Positions 53,971-64,000 of a stretch of DNA of 64,000 bases are shown piece after piece. This DNA is from an uncultured Actinomycetes bacterium (GTDB lineage: Bacteria > Actinomycetota > Thermoleophilia > RBG-16-64-13). Numbering within the stretch: position 1 is the first letter of the stretch; each line of letters begins with the position of its first letter. The notes under the pieces were generated by a model. It did not search any database. It was not told where the DNA came from and saw only the letters and a list, made by a program, of their open reading frames with translations. Both the position numbers and the translations under genes were made by a program. The stretch lies in the NCBI GenBank assembly GCA_963841735.1, contig CAWJDT010000001.1, positions 192,001 to 256,000 on the forward strand. The letters are read 5' to 3'.

Positions 53971-55950
53971 CTACAGACCGCAGTGTTGTTGGTAATTCTG
54001 CTCGAACGCCGCAGCGTTGGGCGATTGCAGGTAGTAGTCGACGGTTTGCTCTCCGACTTTGATATCTCCGGCCTCCAGCTTCATGGTGATGAGCTTCGTC
54101 CACTCGGGAGGATCGAGCTCGGGGTAGTCCAGGCGGTTCAAACCCAGAGACCTACTACTGGCCTTGCGGTTCAAGGTCGCCTCCATCACGATCTCGCCCA
54201 GCGTGATCCGGTCGAGACACTCTACGGCGCGCATCAGCTCATGGGGGTTACGGGCGTAGACTCTGGCTGCTTCGCTTTCGCTGATGCTACTGAGCCAGCC
54301 GAGTCCCATGTCGAGAGTCTCCTCGTTCTTGAACTCTCCGCAGTAGTCCTGCATGATGCGGGCCAGACCTGCCCGCAGCTCTTTCCAGCCGATCCCCTCC
54401 GTCCGCCTGACCGGAGCGTACACTCGCTCTTTCTCCTTCTCCACCTGCGCCCGGTCCACCTGCCCAGGCGCGACTCTGCTCACATACTCCGCGGCCTTTC
54501 TTCCGGCATACCTGCCTGTGCTGGCCGCCTGCGCGTGGTTTCCCCCGCCGTAGCCAGATGTGCCAGCTACGTACAGGCCTTCCAGGCTGGTCTTGAGATC
54601 CCAGTCGAACAGCAGCCCGCCGCCGCTGCTGCCCCCTCTCCACTGGCGCGGCCCCATGCCCGCCCAGTAGGGATAGAAACGACTGTAGCGGTCGGGAGGC
54701 ATCACGTTGGTCTGCAGCATGTCTTTGTCGGGGTCGAACCCGGCCTGCTGATAGGTGTCGTAGATGATCTTGCACTTGCCCTCGTGGGGGATCATGAGCC
54801 CCCAGATGACCCGCCTCTCAAGCGCCGGCATCGAGGGCAGGTCGGCGTACAGAGGCAGAACGTACTCGCCCTTGCTTATGCGGTCGCCAAGGTCGGGAAT
54901 CAGTCGCGGGCTGTGGATCGAAGCGGGGATGTCCGGCCCGTTGAAGATGACCTTCTGGTCGGGAGACGCATGGTAGCGTTCCGATACCGTCTCGAGAACT
55001 CTCCCTTTCCAGTCCACCCAGGGGATCTCTTTGCCGTTGGCATCGACCATGGTGCACGCATACCAGGTGTTGTGAGCGTTGCCGGTGCCGTACTGAGGAT
55101 AGCCAAAGCCTCCGGAGTGCGGCATGGGCGTGGACTTCTCCATGAGGGTCAGCTCAGCACCCGCCCGCCAGGCCATGGCGGTGCCTTCCCCGGAACTCAT
55201 GATGTCTCCGTGGCCAGAACCAGAGAGCTCAGTGGAGAAGATCCACAGGCCGGTGGGCGCTGCGGTCGCAAGTATGGTGGCCTTGGCCTTGAAGACGTAG
55301 AACTCGCCAGTGCGGGTGTTTAGGCCGGTAGCACCGGTCACCCTGCCCCCGGGCTCTCCGCCTTCGGTGAGCAGGCCGGTAGCCATGACCCGGTCGTAGA
55401 TCTTTACTCCCTGCCGCTTCATCTCTTTGTAGACGGCCACCTTGATGTCGGTGCCTCCGTTGACCCTGATGCAGTGCCTGGCATCATAGTCGTAGGCGAA
55501 CAACAGCTTGGTCTCTTCGTCTCTGAATTCGGCCCCCTTGAACTCATCGTCCACGTCGCGGACCTTGACCCCCCAGCTCTCCACGTCCTGGAGCGCGTCC
55601 CAGCTCTCCTTGAACAGGATATAGGTGGTGATGCCGTTGCCGAACTCCCAGTGGATCCGGTAGTCCCCATACATGGCCAGCTCGATCATTTCCTCTGGGG
55701 GGATAGTCGAGCAAGGATTGGTGCAGGCCCCGTGCCAGTGGTCGACTCCCGCTCCACCCGCACCGCTTCTTATAGTGGCGCCCTTCTCCACCACCACCAC
55801 CTTGGCCCCGCGCTTGGCGGCGCTGATGGCGGCGTGACAGCCGGCGATCCCACCACCCAGAATCAGCACGTCCGCCTCGACTTCGTTCTCCTTGCCGTAG
55901 GAAACGGAGTAGGGCCACTCCAGCGCAGTATCCAGATTCTCCTGGTACAT
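53971..55950 (-). CDS. AprA/SdhA-family flavoprotein (copy 1)
   Basis: DVLILGGGIAG, IRSGAGGAGVDH, GEGTAMAWRAGAEL, IMQDYCG, RLDYP. Confidence 0.85.
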   Translation of the reverse strand: MYQENLDTALEWPYSVSYGKENEVEADVLILGGGIAGCHAAISAAKRGAKVVVVEKGATIRSGAGGAGVDHWHGACTNPCSTIPPEEMIELAMYGDYRIHWEFGNGITTYILFKESWDALQDVESWGVKVRDVDDEFKGAEFRDEETKLLFAYDYDARHCIRVNGGTDIKVAVYKEMKRQGVKIYDRVMATGLLTEGGEPGGRVTGATGLNTRTGEFYVFKAKATILATAAPTGLWIFSTELSGSGHGDIMSSGEGTAMAWRAGAELTLMEKSTPMPHSGGFGYPQYGTGNAHNTWYACTMVDANGKEIPWVDWKGRVLETVSERYHASPDQKVIFNGPDIPASIHSPRLIPDLGDRISKGEYVLPLYADLPSMPALERRVIWGLMIPHEGKCKIIYDTYQQAGFDPDKDMLQTNVMPPDRYSRFYPYWAGMGPRQWRGGSSGGGLLFDWDLKTSLEGLYVAGTSGYGGGNHAQAASTGRYAGRKAAEYVSRVAPGQVDRAQVEKEKERVYAPVRRTEGIGWKELRAGLARIMQDYCGEFKNEETLDMGLGWLSSISESEAARVYARNPHELMRAVECLDRITLGEIVMEATLNRKASSRSLGLNRLDYPELDPPEWTKLITMKLEAGDIKVGEQTVDYYLQSPNAAAFEQNYQQHCGL

Positions 55951-55966
55951 AGATCCTCCTTGGTTA

Positions 55967-57037
55967 TCAGCCCGGCTGGAGCCGGCACCCCGTGGCGCCG
56001 GCGGTGACTTCTGAGACCCTGATGCAGGCCACCTGGTGACCTGGGCTCACTTCCCGCAACTCCGGCACGGCCAGGCTGCAGTCGGCTATGGCCATGTCGC
56101 ATCTTTGGTGGAACGGACAACCCGAAGGCGGGTTCAAGGGGCTGGGCACCTCACCCGACAGGATTATCCTTTCCCGCGTTTCTTCCACGACAGGGTCGGG
56201 CACAGGCACGGCCGAGAGCAGGGCTTTGGTGTAGGGATGCAGCGGGTGGTCACAAAGCTCATTCGCGGCGGCCAACTCGACCATATGCCCCAGGTACATG
56301 ACAGCGATGCGGTCGCTCACATGCTTTACCACGGCCAGGTCGTGAGCTATGAACAGATAGGTCAGGTCCTCGAACTGCGACTGTAGATCCTTGAGCAGGT
56401 TGATCACTTGAGCTTGGATAGAGACGTCCAGGGCGGAGATGGGCTCGTCGCATATGATCAAGGTAGGATCACAAGCCAACGCCCGAGCGATGCCTATGCG
56501 CTGGCGTTGCCCACCGCTGAACTCATGGGGGAAACGCCCGGCCATGCGAGGATCCAGCCCCACGATGCTAAAGAGCTCCTCTACTCTTGCCCTGCGTTGG
56601 GCCTTGCTCTTGCCCATCTTCTGTACCACCATCGGCTCCCCAACGATGCTCCCAGCGCTCTGGCGCGGATCCAGCGAACCATACGGGTCCTGGAAGATGT
56701 AGGCCATCTTCCTACGGATTGGCTTCACCTTCCTCTCCGAAAGCCCAGAGATGTCCCTGCCCTCAAAGATGATGCTGCCCGCCGTAGGCTTGTGCAGCCG
56801 CATGATGGCCCGGCCTACCGTGGTCTTGCCGCAGCCACTCTCCCCCACTATTCCCAGGACTTCGCCTCTTTTGAGCGTCAGGCTGACCCCGTCGACGGCC
56901 TGCACATCGGCCACCTTGCGCAAGAGCAGGCCGCGCAGCACGGGGAAGTAGACCTTGAGATCCTTGACCTCCAGCACCAGGTCTTGGTATTTGGTCTCCG
57001 CGACCTGTTGCCGCGTGGTCATCGTTTGGCCTTCCAT
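55967..57037 (-). CDS. dppF: Oligopeptide/dipeptide-type ABC ATPase
   Basis: [32 protein letters not shown]. Confidence 0.92.
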   Translation of the reverse strand: MEGQTMTTRQQVAETKYQDLVLEVKDLKVYFPVLRGLLLRKVADVQAVDGVSLTLKRGEVLGIVGESGCGKTTVGRAIMRLHKPTAGSIIFEGRDISGLSERKVKPIRRKMAYIFQDPYGSLDPRQSAGSIVGEPMVVQKMGKSKAQRRARVEELFSIVGLDPRMAGRFPHEFSGGQRQRIGIARALACDPTLIICDEPISALDVSIQAQVINLLKDLQSQFEDLTYLFIAHDLAVVKHVSDRIAVMYLGHMVELAAANELCDHPLHPYTKALLSAVPVPDPVVEETRERIILSGEVPSPLNPPSGCPFHQRCDMAIADCSLAVPELREVSPGHQVACIRVSEVTAGATGCRLQPG

Positions 57038-58023
57038 CAGTCGGTCTCCCCGGGGTTCACATAGCAGCGGGTGCAGTGGGCCTCACCCACGGACTCAAGC
57101 TCGGGCCAGGGGTCGCACTGACAGCGCTCCACCGCATAGGTGCAGCGGGGCAGGAAGGCGCACTTGCCCGTCATGCGGCCTAAGTTGGGGGGCAGGCCCG
57201 GGATGGCTTCCAGCCGGCGGCCCTCCCCTTCGTCTATGCGCGGTACGCAGCGCAGTAGGCCGATGGTGTAGGGATGCCGGGGACGGGCGAATACTTCTTT
57301 GCAGGTGCCGCTCTCTACGATGCGTCCCGCGTACATGATGTAGAGGGTCTGGGCGTAGCGGGCCACCACTCCTAGGTTATGAGTCACGATGACCAGCGAG
57401 GAGTTGAACTTGGCCACCGCCGCCACCATCATCTCCAGGAGCTGGGCCTGGGTGGTGACGTCCAGAGCGGTGGTGGGCTCGTCGGCTATCACCAGTCTTG
57501 GGTTACAGGAGAGGGCCATGGCGATCATGGCCCTTTGTCTCATGCCGCCGCTGAACTGGTGGGGGTAGTCGCCCAGCCGGGTCTCGGCGTTGGGGATACC
57601 TACCATCTCTAGCAGTTCGGTCGCGCGGGCTTTGGCTTCTTTCTTGTTCATCTTAAGGTGGAGCTCCGGCATCTCGGTTAACTGCCGGCCTATGGTTAAG
57701 ACCGGGTTGAGCGAGGTCATGGGCTCCTGGAAGATCATGGCTATCTTGCCGCCTCTGACCGAGCGCATCTCGGGGCCGTTGGCCTCATAGGCCATGAGGT
57801 CGCGGCCTTCAAAGAGGATCTCGCCTTGCGTGATCTTGCCGGGGGGGCGGATGAGGCGCATCACCGAGAGCTGGGTGACCGACTTGCCGCAACCCGACTC
57901 GCCTACCACCCCTACGATCTCTTGCTCGTTGATGGTAAAGGAGACGTCGTCCACGGCCTTTACCAGGCCGTCGTCGGTACGGAACTGGGTGTGGAGGTTC
58001 TTGACTTCTAGGAGGGGGGTCAT
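57037..58023 (-). CDS. dppD: Oligopeptide/dipeptide-type ABC ATPase
   Basis: [35 protein letters not shown]. Confidence 0.92.
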   Translation of the reverse strand: MTPLLEVKNLHTQFRTDDGLVKAVDDVSFTINEQEIVGVVGESGCGKSVTQLSVMRLIRPPGKITQGEILFEGRDLMAYEANGPEMRSVRGGKIAMIFQEPMTSLNPVLTIGRQLTEMPELHLKMNKKEAKARATELLEMVGIPNAETRLGDYPHQFSGGMRQRAMIAMALSCNPRLVIADEPTTALDVTTQAQLLEMMVAAVAKFNSSLVIVTHNLGVVARYAQTLYIMYAGRIVESGTCKEVFARPRHPYTIGLLRCVPRIDEGEGRRLEAIPGLPPNLGRMTGKCAFLPRCTYAVERCQCDPWPELESVGEAHCTRCYVNPGETD

Positions 58024-58932
58024 CTAGAGCGTCCCCCGCAGGCGGGGGTCAAGAGCGTCTCGCAGGCCGTCACCCATCATGTTGAAGCCGAAGACCGTCA
58101 GCATGATGAAGATCCCCGGGGCGATAGAGAGCACTGGGTTGGTTATGAGGTACTTGTATCCCCCCCTGATCATGCTGCCCCAGGCAGCAGTAGGAGCGTC
58201 GATCCCGGCGCCCAAGAAGCTCAGTCCCGCTTCGGCCAATATCGTCGCGCCCATAGCGACCGTCATCAGCACCAGACAGGGCGCGAAGGCATTCGGGTAG
58301 ATGTGGCGGAGCATCATCCGCCAGTTGCCCACGCCTATAGTCCGTCCTGCCAGGACATAGTCGTTCTGCTTGACACTCATGGTCTGGGCGTACATCATGC
58401 GGCACTGCCCCGAGATGCCCCCTATCCCCAGCGCGATGATGACGTTCCTGACCCCCCCTCCGAGCACGGCCGAGATCACCAGAGCCAAGACAAGCATTGG
58501 TATGGCCATCAAGGCGTCGATCGCCCGCATGATGATGGTGGACACCCAACCCCCGAAGAAGCCCGCGATCAGCCCCAACAACTGTCCGATGACCGCCCCC
58601 AGTGCAACCGCGCCTAGGGCCACGACAAGCGACGTCCGAGCCCCGTATATGCAACGACTCAGCGTGTCTCTCCCCACGCTGTCGGTACCCAACCAATGCT
58701 CGCTGCTCGGGGGAGCCAGCTTGTTGACGATATCCGACTCATAGGGATCGCCGGGAGCGATCAGCGGGGCGAAGATCGCAAGAAAGATCATGCCCACTAA
58801 GAGAACCAGGCCCAACACCGCCAGTTTCCGCCGGAAGAAGGCTCGGGCCAACCTCTTCCATTCAGGCCGTCTCGCCGGCCCCTCGTCTATCGCGGCGATG
58901 TCCTCGACCATTGACGCCATGTTCTTCTCCAT
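58024..58932 (-). CDS. dppC: Oligopeptide/dipeptide-type ABC permease
   Basis: HWLGTDSVGRD, AEAGLSFLG, GDGLRDALDP; start approximate. Confidence 0.92.
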   Translation of the reverse strand: MEKNMASMVEDIAAIDEGPARRPEWKRLARAFFRRKLAVLGLVLLVGMIFLAIFAPLIAPGDPYESDIVNKLAPPSSEHWLGTDSVGRDTLSRCIYGARTSLVVALGAVALGAVIGQLLGLIAGFFGGWVSTIIMRAIDALMAIPMLVLALVISAVLGGGVRNVIIALGIGGISGQCRMMYAQTMSVKQNDYVLAGRTIGVGNWRMMLRHIYPNAFAPCLVLMTVAMGATILAEAGLSFLGAGIDAPTAAWGSMIRGGYKYLITNPVLSIAPGIFIMLTVFGFNMMGDGLRDALDPRLRGTL

Positions 58933-58949
58933 CGCTTTACCCACCGGCC

Positions 58950-59909
58950 CTATTTGTAGCTGTCGCGTATGCGCGGATCCAACCACGCGTACGCCACGTC
59001 GACGAGGATGTTCGTGATCACGATGATGGCAGCCATTAGCAGGACTGCCCCCTGCACCACCGGGTAGTCCCTCTCATTCACAGCGTCCATCAGCATCCGT
59101 CCGATGCCGGGAATACTGAAAACGGTCTCCACCACCACCGCGCCGCCAAACATGAAGCTCACCTGCATACCGATAGTGGTAACCACCGGGATCAGCCCGT
59201 TCTTGACCATGTGCCGGACGACGACAACCCGCTCCCTCAACCCCTTGGACCAAGCCGTGCGGATGTAGTCCTGGTGGGCGACCTCCAACATGCTGGAGCG
59301 TGCCTGTCGGGTCTGCGCCGCGATGCCGAATATCGAAAGACATATCACCGGCATGATCAGCATCTTGACGTGAAGACCGAAATCCTCAAACGGCGACGTG
59401 TACCCGTAGGTCGGCAGCAGCCCCCACTTGTAGGAGAGTAGGTAGATCAGCACGATGCCAACCCAGAAGTTTGGCAAGGTGATCCCCAGATTGGCCGTGA
59501 CACTCACGAGAGTATCGGGCCACTTGCTCCGTCGGATCGCCGCCATCACCCCAAGACTCAGCCCGCAGAGACTACTCACGATGATGGCCAAGATTCCCAG
59601 GTTGAGTGTGACCGGTAGCTTCTCTTTGACCATGGTGCTGACCGGCAAGTCATAGGTAAGCGACTCCCCCAGGTCGCCCCGGGCGGCGCTCCCGATCCAA
59701 TCGAAGTACTGCAGAACAACCGGCTTGTCTAGACCAAAATCATGCCTGAGGGCATCGAGTTCTTCCTGGCTGTAGTTGGCGTAGTCTTCTCCCAGCATCG
59801 CCATCAAGGGGTCACCCGGCAAGACGCGCATCATGATGAACACGATGACGGAAGCTACGATAAGGACGACGACCCCTGTCAGTAGCCGTCGAATTATGAA
59901 TGTAGTCAC
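58950..59909 (-). CDS. dppB: Oligopeptide/dipeptide-type ABC permease
   Basis: LPGDP, DYIRTAWSKGL, ETVFSIPGIG, RDYPVVQG. Confidence 0.92.
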   Translation of the reverse strand: MTTFIIRRLLTGVVVLIVASVIVFIMMRVLPGDPLMAMLGEDYANYSQEELDALRHDFGLDKPVVLQYFDWIGSAARGDLGESLTYDLPVSTMVKEKLPVTLNLGILAIIVSSLCGLSLGVMAAIRRSKWPDTLVSVTANLGITLPNFWVGIVLIYLLSYKWGLLPTYGYTSPFEDFGLHVKMLIMPVICLSIFGIAAQTRQARSSMLEVAHQDYIRTAWSKGLRERVVVVRHMVKNGLIPVVTTIGMQVSFMFGGAVVVETVFSIPGIGRMLMDAVNERDYPVVQGAVLLMAAIIVITNILVDVAYAWLDPRIRDSYK

Positions 59910-59948
59910 CTAGAACACCCGAGGTGGATAGCAGTTCTTTAGAGCAGC

Positions 59949-60015
59949 GCGATCTGAGCCGGCGGGCAATAACGTAACGGTGTGGCTGCCAAAGTAACCG
60001 GCCGGCTCAGATCGC
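59949..60015. terminator. Stem-loop between the SBP gene and the permease gene
   Basis: GCGATCTGAGCCGGC ... GCCGGCTCAGATCGC, 15-bp stem. Confidence 0.6.
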
Positions 60016-60050
60016 ATCAAATCAATATCCCTTGCTTCTATCGCTGATTT

Positions 60051-61742
60051 CTACTGTTGTTCCATCCAGGCATTCTCGGGCAGGAACTCGATGGATACGT
60101 CGGCATAGCCGAGATCATGCACCTGTGGCGCCACAGGGGTGACCATCTTGAGCAACATGAGCGGCGCCACCATACAGTAGTCGTCTACCGCCATCTTGTT
60201 CATCTGCTCGTACAGCAGCTCGCGCTGGGCCAGGTCGGTCTCTACCTTCATCTGCCTGTAAAGCGCGTTGAACTCTTCGGGAATCCACAGGTCCACCCAT
60301 CTGACCATATCCTCGCTCAAGTTGGCCGCGAGGCTGGTGGAGTACTCCATCTCGATGCCGTTGTACGAGAGGCCAAAGAGCATCAACTCGCTCTTGAAGC
60401 CCTTCTCAGACTTGGCCACCATGGCCGGGTATCCCTCCGGCTTCAGGGTAATATTGATGCCCACTTCGGCAAGAGACTCCTGGATGAGTGTGAACATCTC
60501 GGTGTTCTCATCACCTGAGTTGTAGCTGAGCACCGTATTCCACGGGTTCTCCGTGCTGATATTGAACTTCGACTCGGCCAGCAGTTGCTTGGCCTTGGCT
60601 ACGTCATACGGATAACCCACGACATCCGGGTTGTAGGCCTGTATGCCCTCCACGCCCAACTGGTGGATGGGTAGCATGAAGCCTCCGAAGACTCCGTTCA
60701 CGATGGTGTCGTTGTCTAGAGCGCAGGCAACAGCCTCACGAACCTTCTGGTCAGAGAAGGGGGAATCTGGGCTCTTGCTGTCTCCGGCGATGCACCAGAG
60801 GCTCATGACACGGGACTTGATGGAGCTGCCCTCTGCCTCGAGAGCCTTAGCGTCTGCCGCCGAGCTCTGGTACAGCACCTGGCCTTCGCCGTTCATGTAC
60901 GACGTGAGACGAACCACAGGGTCGGCGACAAGCTTGATCTCCACAGCGTCCAGATAGGGCAATCCCTCTTGCCAGTAGCCCTCCCACTTCTCAAACTTTA
61001 GCGAACGCGCGGTCTTGTACTCGACGAACTTGAAGGGCCCAGTGCCGACGGGATTCTTCTTCATGTAGTCTTCCCCGTTGGCCTCATAGGCCGTGGGAGA
61101 GACCATCTTGCCCGCGTTGGAAGCACTCAGGCTCTTGATGAAGATGGGATCCATCTCGGACATGTTGAGGCGGATCGTGTAGCCGTCCACTACGTCCACT
61201 GAAGTCACACCTTCAAGCCCCGTGTTGGTGCCCGCGATGAACATGTCAAGATTCCACTTGGCGGCTTCCGCATTGAAGTCGGTGCCATCGTGGAACTTGA
61301 CCCCCTCGCGCAGGTGGAACGTGATGGTCTTCCCAGCCTCGTCGACGTCCCAACTGGTGGCCAGTTGAGGAACGGCCTCCCCCTGCTCGTCCAGACCGAC
61401 CAAGTTCTCTATCGCCCACCGAGCGTGGATGCTGTCCATGAAGCCGACGGTGCTCCAAAACGCGCCGAGATTGGTGGGGGCGCCACTGTGGATTACCGTC
61501 AACGTTCCCCCGTATTGGGGCGTATCGGCACCAGCGGGTCCTTGGGGCGCCTCCAGGACGCTTCTGGCAACCCCAGCCTCAGTGGTGACCGCACCCCCAG
61601 TGGAGCCGGTCACATCACTCGAGGAGGTACTGGTTTCGACAGTAGTGGTGGCGGTATCCCCTCCACAACCGGCCACCAACGCCGCCAGCAGAACCACCCC
61701 CAAGAGACATCCAAGCAACACCTGCAAACGCCTAGATTTCAT
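60051..61742 (-). CDS. dppA: Family-5 ABC substrate-binding lipoprotein
   Basis: Lipobox VAGCG, PQYGGTL, LREGVKFHDGTDFNAEA, GTGPFK. Confidence 0.9.
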   Translation of the reverse strand: MKSRRLQVLLGCLLGVVLLAALVAGCGGDTATTTVETSTSSSDVTGSTGGAVTTEAGVARSVLEAPQGPAGADTPQYGGTLTVIHSGAPTNLGAFWSTVGFMDSIHARWAIENLVGLDEQGEAVPQLATSWDVDEAGKTITFHLREGVKFHDGTDFNAEAAKWNLDMFIAGTNTGLEGVTSVDVVDGYTIRLNMSEMDPIFIKSLSASNAGKMVSPTAYEANGEDYMKKNPVGTGPFKFVEYKTARSLKFEKWEGYWQEGLPYLDAVEIKLVADPVVRLTSYMNGEGQVLYQSSAADAKALEAEGSSIKSRVMSLWCIAGDSKSPDSPFSDQKVREAVACALDNDTIVNGVFGGFMLPIHQLGVEGIQAYNPDVVGYPYDVAKAKQLLAESKFNISTENPWNTVLSYNSGDENTEMFTLIQESLAEVGINITLKPEGYPAMVAKSEKGFKSELMLFGLSYNGIEMEYSTSLAANLSEDMVRWVDLWIPEEFNALYRQMKVETDLAQRELLYEQMNKMAVDDYCMVAPLMLLKMVTPVAPQVHDLGYADVSIEFLPENAWMEQQ

Positions 61743-62284
61743 CACCCCTCCATTCAAGAACCCGATGTTGGCTCGCTCTCATCTTTGTCCGTCCTACCGC
61801 TCACTCGCTTCGCCCCATGCGCCCGCTCCTTTAGCTATGGAGGAACACGGAAGAACCGCAGTTGAGCCGTCATGTTTCATTGGACAGAACAAAGCGGCTA
61901 AGACCGTCTCGGCGGCCCGCCGCTGCAGCGGGACTCGCTCTCCAAAGATCTCCACCGCCCAATTAGTACCACAAATCGCCCCCAACTAGAATCGCCGTTC
62001 GTGTATCCACTTTAGTTGTTGCCGCCCGTGACGCCGTGCAGTCCACGTGGGAAGGCCGACCGACTTGTTCGCTTCCAAGAAGTTCGTGCTCCCTCGCTTC
62101 TCTCGGCCAAACGCTCCTGGTAATAGCCGACTAATGAGCTTCTCGTGGGCAAGTTCCTGGTGATGTGACCATAGGCCCAGAACATTTTGCCAGGCCAGAT
62201 ACCCCGGCCGCGCGAGACGAGCAACGAGCATGGCAAGTCCGCCGTTGTATAGCAAGCTTACTCGAACTCCTCTTCTAGTAGCGT

Positions 62285-63001
62285 ATGGTGGGCTATACTG
62301 CTTTCATGGCAGTCGAAGCTACATTTCGCCCACCAAGCCGCCGGCAGGGACACAAGTCGCTGGAGATGCTGCTGTTGGCGGCAGAAAACCAACTCAGGCA
62401 GCAGGAGCTCGATTTCTTCACAGTCGATAATGTGCTGGAACGGGCCGGCGTGTCCATTGGCTCGTTCTACGCGCGCTTCCCGGGCGGAAGAGACGCGCTC
62501 CTGCATGCCGTCCAGGATCGTCTGCATGCACGGCTGCAACCTGGCATCCTGGCAGCCCTCGCAGCCCAGGAGCGCGTTGACGAGTCGCTCGATGAGGCCG
62601 TGGGTCACGTCTTCGGTATCCTGATCGAACACATGTTGCGCGAACGTGAGCTTATCCGAGCGTTCATGATGTTCTCCGCGTTTGACACTGTGCTGCGCCA
62701 TAAGGGGCATTTGGTCTATATCGAGCGCAGAGAGGCCGTGACGAGGGTGCTGCTCGTCCACCGAGCCGAGATCGCACATCCAGACCCAGTGGCAGCCATC
62801 TATCTGGCTTTCGCCGTGTTCCACTCACTGATAAACGGCAGGTTTGTGTTCTTTGCCCAACATAGCGAGATCAGCCTCGGCGTAAGCAACGAAGAGATAT
62901 TCCAGCAAATCGGCCTGTGGATCAGCAACTATCTTCACGGCAATCGCTCCAACGAATCCGACCTAGTGAGACAAGCGCTCGCGGCCGCACTTCCCAAGTA
63001 G
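62285..63001 (+). CDS. TetR/AcrR-family regulator
   Basis: FTVDNVLERAGVSIGSFYARF HTH; start may be 62306. Confidence 0.87.
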   Translation: MVGYTAFMAVEATFRPPSRRQGHKSLEMLLLAAENQLRQQELDFFTVDNVLERAGVSIGSFYARFPGGRDALLHAVQDRLHARLQPGILAALAAQERVDESLDEAVGHVFGILIEHMLRERELIRAFMMFSAFDTVLRHKGHLVYIERREAVTRVLLVHRAEIAHPDPVAAIYLAFAVFHSLINGRFVFFAQHSEISLGVSNEEIFQQIGLWISNYLHGNRSNESDLVRQALAAALPK

Positions 63002-63048
63002 CGGCCTCCTCCGAGCGAGCGTTCCGCGCGTCACGACGACCCTCGCCC

Positions 63049-64000
63049 TCACACCATGATGCACGCCACCTGGTGTCCAGGGCTTATCTCCCTGGTCTCG
63101 GGCATGGCCTCGCTACAGGCCCGTACGGCCACGCTGCAACGCTCATGAAAAGGACAACCTGCCGGTGGGTTAAGCGGGCTGGGCACCTCGCCGGCTAAGA
63201 CGATCCGCTCCCGGGTCGCCTCCACCTCCGGGTCGGGTACCGGCACCGCCGAGAGCAGGGCCTTGGTGTAGGGATGAAGGGGGTGGTCACAGAGTTCCGC
63301 CGCCGGGGCGCTCTCTACGATATGGCCTAGGTACATGACAACAATGCGGTCGCTCACGTGCTTGACCACCGCCAGATCATGAGCGATGAACAAATATGAA
63401 AGATCCGCGAACTTGGCCTGCAGGTCTTTCAAGAGGTTGATCACCTGAGCCTGGATGGATACATCAAGAGCGGAGATAGGCTCGTCGCATATGATCAGAG
63501 AAGGATCACAGGCCAGGGCCCGGGCGATGCCGATGCGTTGGCGTTGACCGCCGGAGAACTCATGGGGGAAGCGACCGGCCATACGGGGGTCCAGGCCCAC
63601 GATGCGCATAAGATCATCTACTCGGGCCCGGCGCTCCCCCTTTTCTTTGTAGGTCTTATGTACGCGCATGGGCTCCCCGATGATGCTCCCCGCGCTTTGG
63701 CGGGGGTCCAAGGACCCATAGGGGTCCTGGAACATGTAGGCCATCTTCTTGCGCAGAGGCTTCATCTGCCTCTCTTTAAGATGAGTGATGTCTTGGCCTT
63801 CGAAGAAGACCTGCCCGGCAGTAGGTTTGTAGAGGCGGATGATGGCCCGGCCCACCGTGGTCTTGCCGCAACCACTCTCTCCAACCAGGCCCAGGACTTC
63901 GCCCCGCTTGAGTTGGAGGCTGACCCCGTCGACGGCTTTGACATCGGCCACTTTGCGCAGGAGCAGGCCGCGCAGCACCGGGAACCAGACTTTGAGGTCT
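63049..64000 (-). CDS. dppF: Second DppF-type ABC ATPase, 5' end outside the window
   Basis: Close paralog of 55967..57037; reading frame open to the window edge. Confidence 0.9.
   Translation of the reverse strand, partial: DLKVWFPVLRGLLLRKVADVKAVDGVSLQLKRGEVLGLVGESGCGKTTVGRAIIRLYKPTAGQVFFEGQDITHLKERQMKPLRKKMAYMFQDPYGSLDPRQSAGSIIGEPMRVHKTYKEKGERRARVDDLMRIVGLDPRMAGRFPHEFSGGQRQRIGIARALACDPSLIICDEPISALDVSIQAQVINLLKDLQAKFADLSYLFIAHDLAVVKHVSDRIVVMYLGHIVESAPAAELCDHPLHPYTKALLSAVPVPDPEVEATRERIVLAGEVPSPLNPPAGCPFHERCSVAVRACSEAMPETREISPGHQVACIMV

Noticed and set aside
15730-55323. Long plus-strand ORFs such as 15730..17211, 22878..24131, 35177..36511, 40958..43015, 51631..53949 and 53983..55323
   Set aside because: They lie antisense to well-supported genes and have no motifs; this is expected from high-GC codon bias.
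51724-55950. Dissimilatory sulfate reduction (aprAB) or succinate dehydrogenase
   Set aside because: No sat, qmo, dsr or sdhB/C partners are present; only family-level motifs are shared.
1-64000. tRNA, rRNA, transposases, integrases, phage or defence genes
   Set aside because: None recognised in the ORFs or intergenic regions; no Rfam or tRNAscan run was possible.

Overview
GC-rich bacterial window made up almost entirely of an anaerobic catabolic island that appears to target polyphenols (tannin/galloyl esters, trihydroxybenzenes). The lipoprotein signal peptides with TTTAA-like linkers are suggestive of a Thermoleophilia-like actinobacterium, but this is a low-confidence guess. It encodes five paralogous pyrogallol-phloroglucinol transhydroxylase-family Mo-bisPGD alpha subunits (all with DSWEGW) in two sequence subtypes, and only two Fe-S beta subunits, which differ in cluster motifs. 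One alpha sits inside an operon matching the known phloroglucinol pathway: 3-hydroxyacyl dehydrogenase, SDR, cupin, BKACE and ADP-forming acyl-CoA synthetase. Around this core are a PhlA/PhlB/PhlC-like module (HMGS-like/DUF35 fusion plus thiolase), two 6-oxocamphor-hydrolase-like crotonases, two M29/NicX-fold proteins of unknown function, a lactonase, a subtype-B tannase, a Cys-ligated sixth Mo enzyme, and two AprA-like flavoproteins with an AprB-like ferredoxin and a split-ferredoxin/GltD chimera. Liv-, TRAP- and Dpp-type transporters and IclR, MarR, TetR and NarL-type regulators are also present. A promoter/operator cassette occurs three times around iclR, and one copy is followed by a decayed gene relic. 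About seven single-base frameshifts, mostly in short homopolymers, probably reflect sequencing error. No RNA genes, mobile elements or CRISPR arrays were seen. All homology calls come from recalled motifs; no searches were run.
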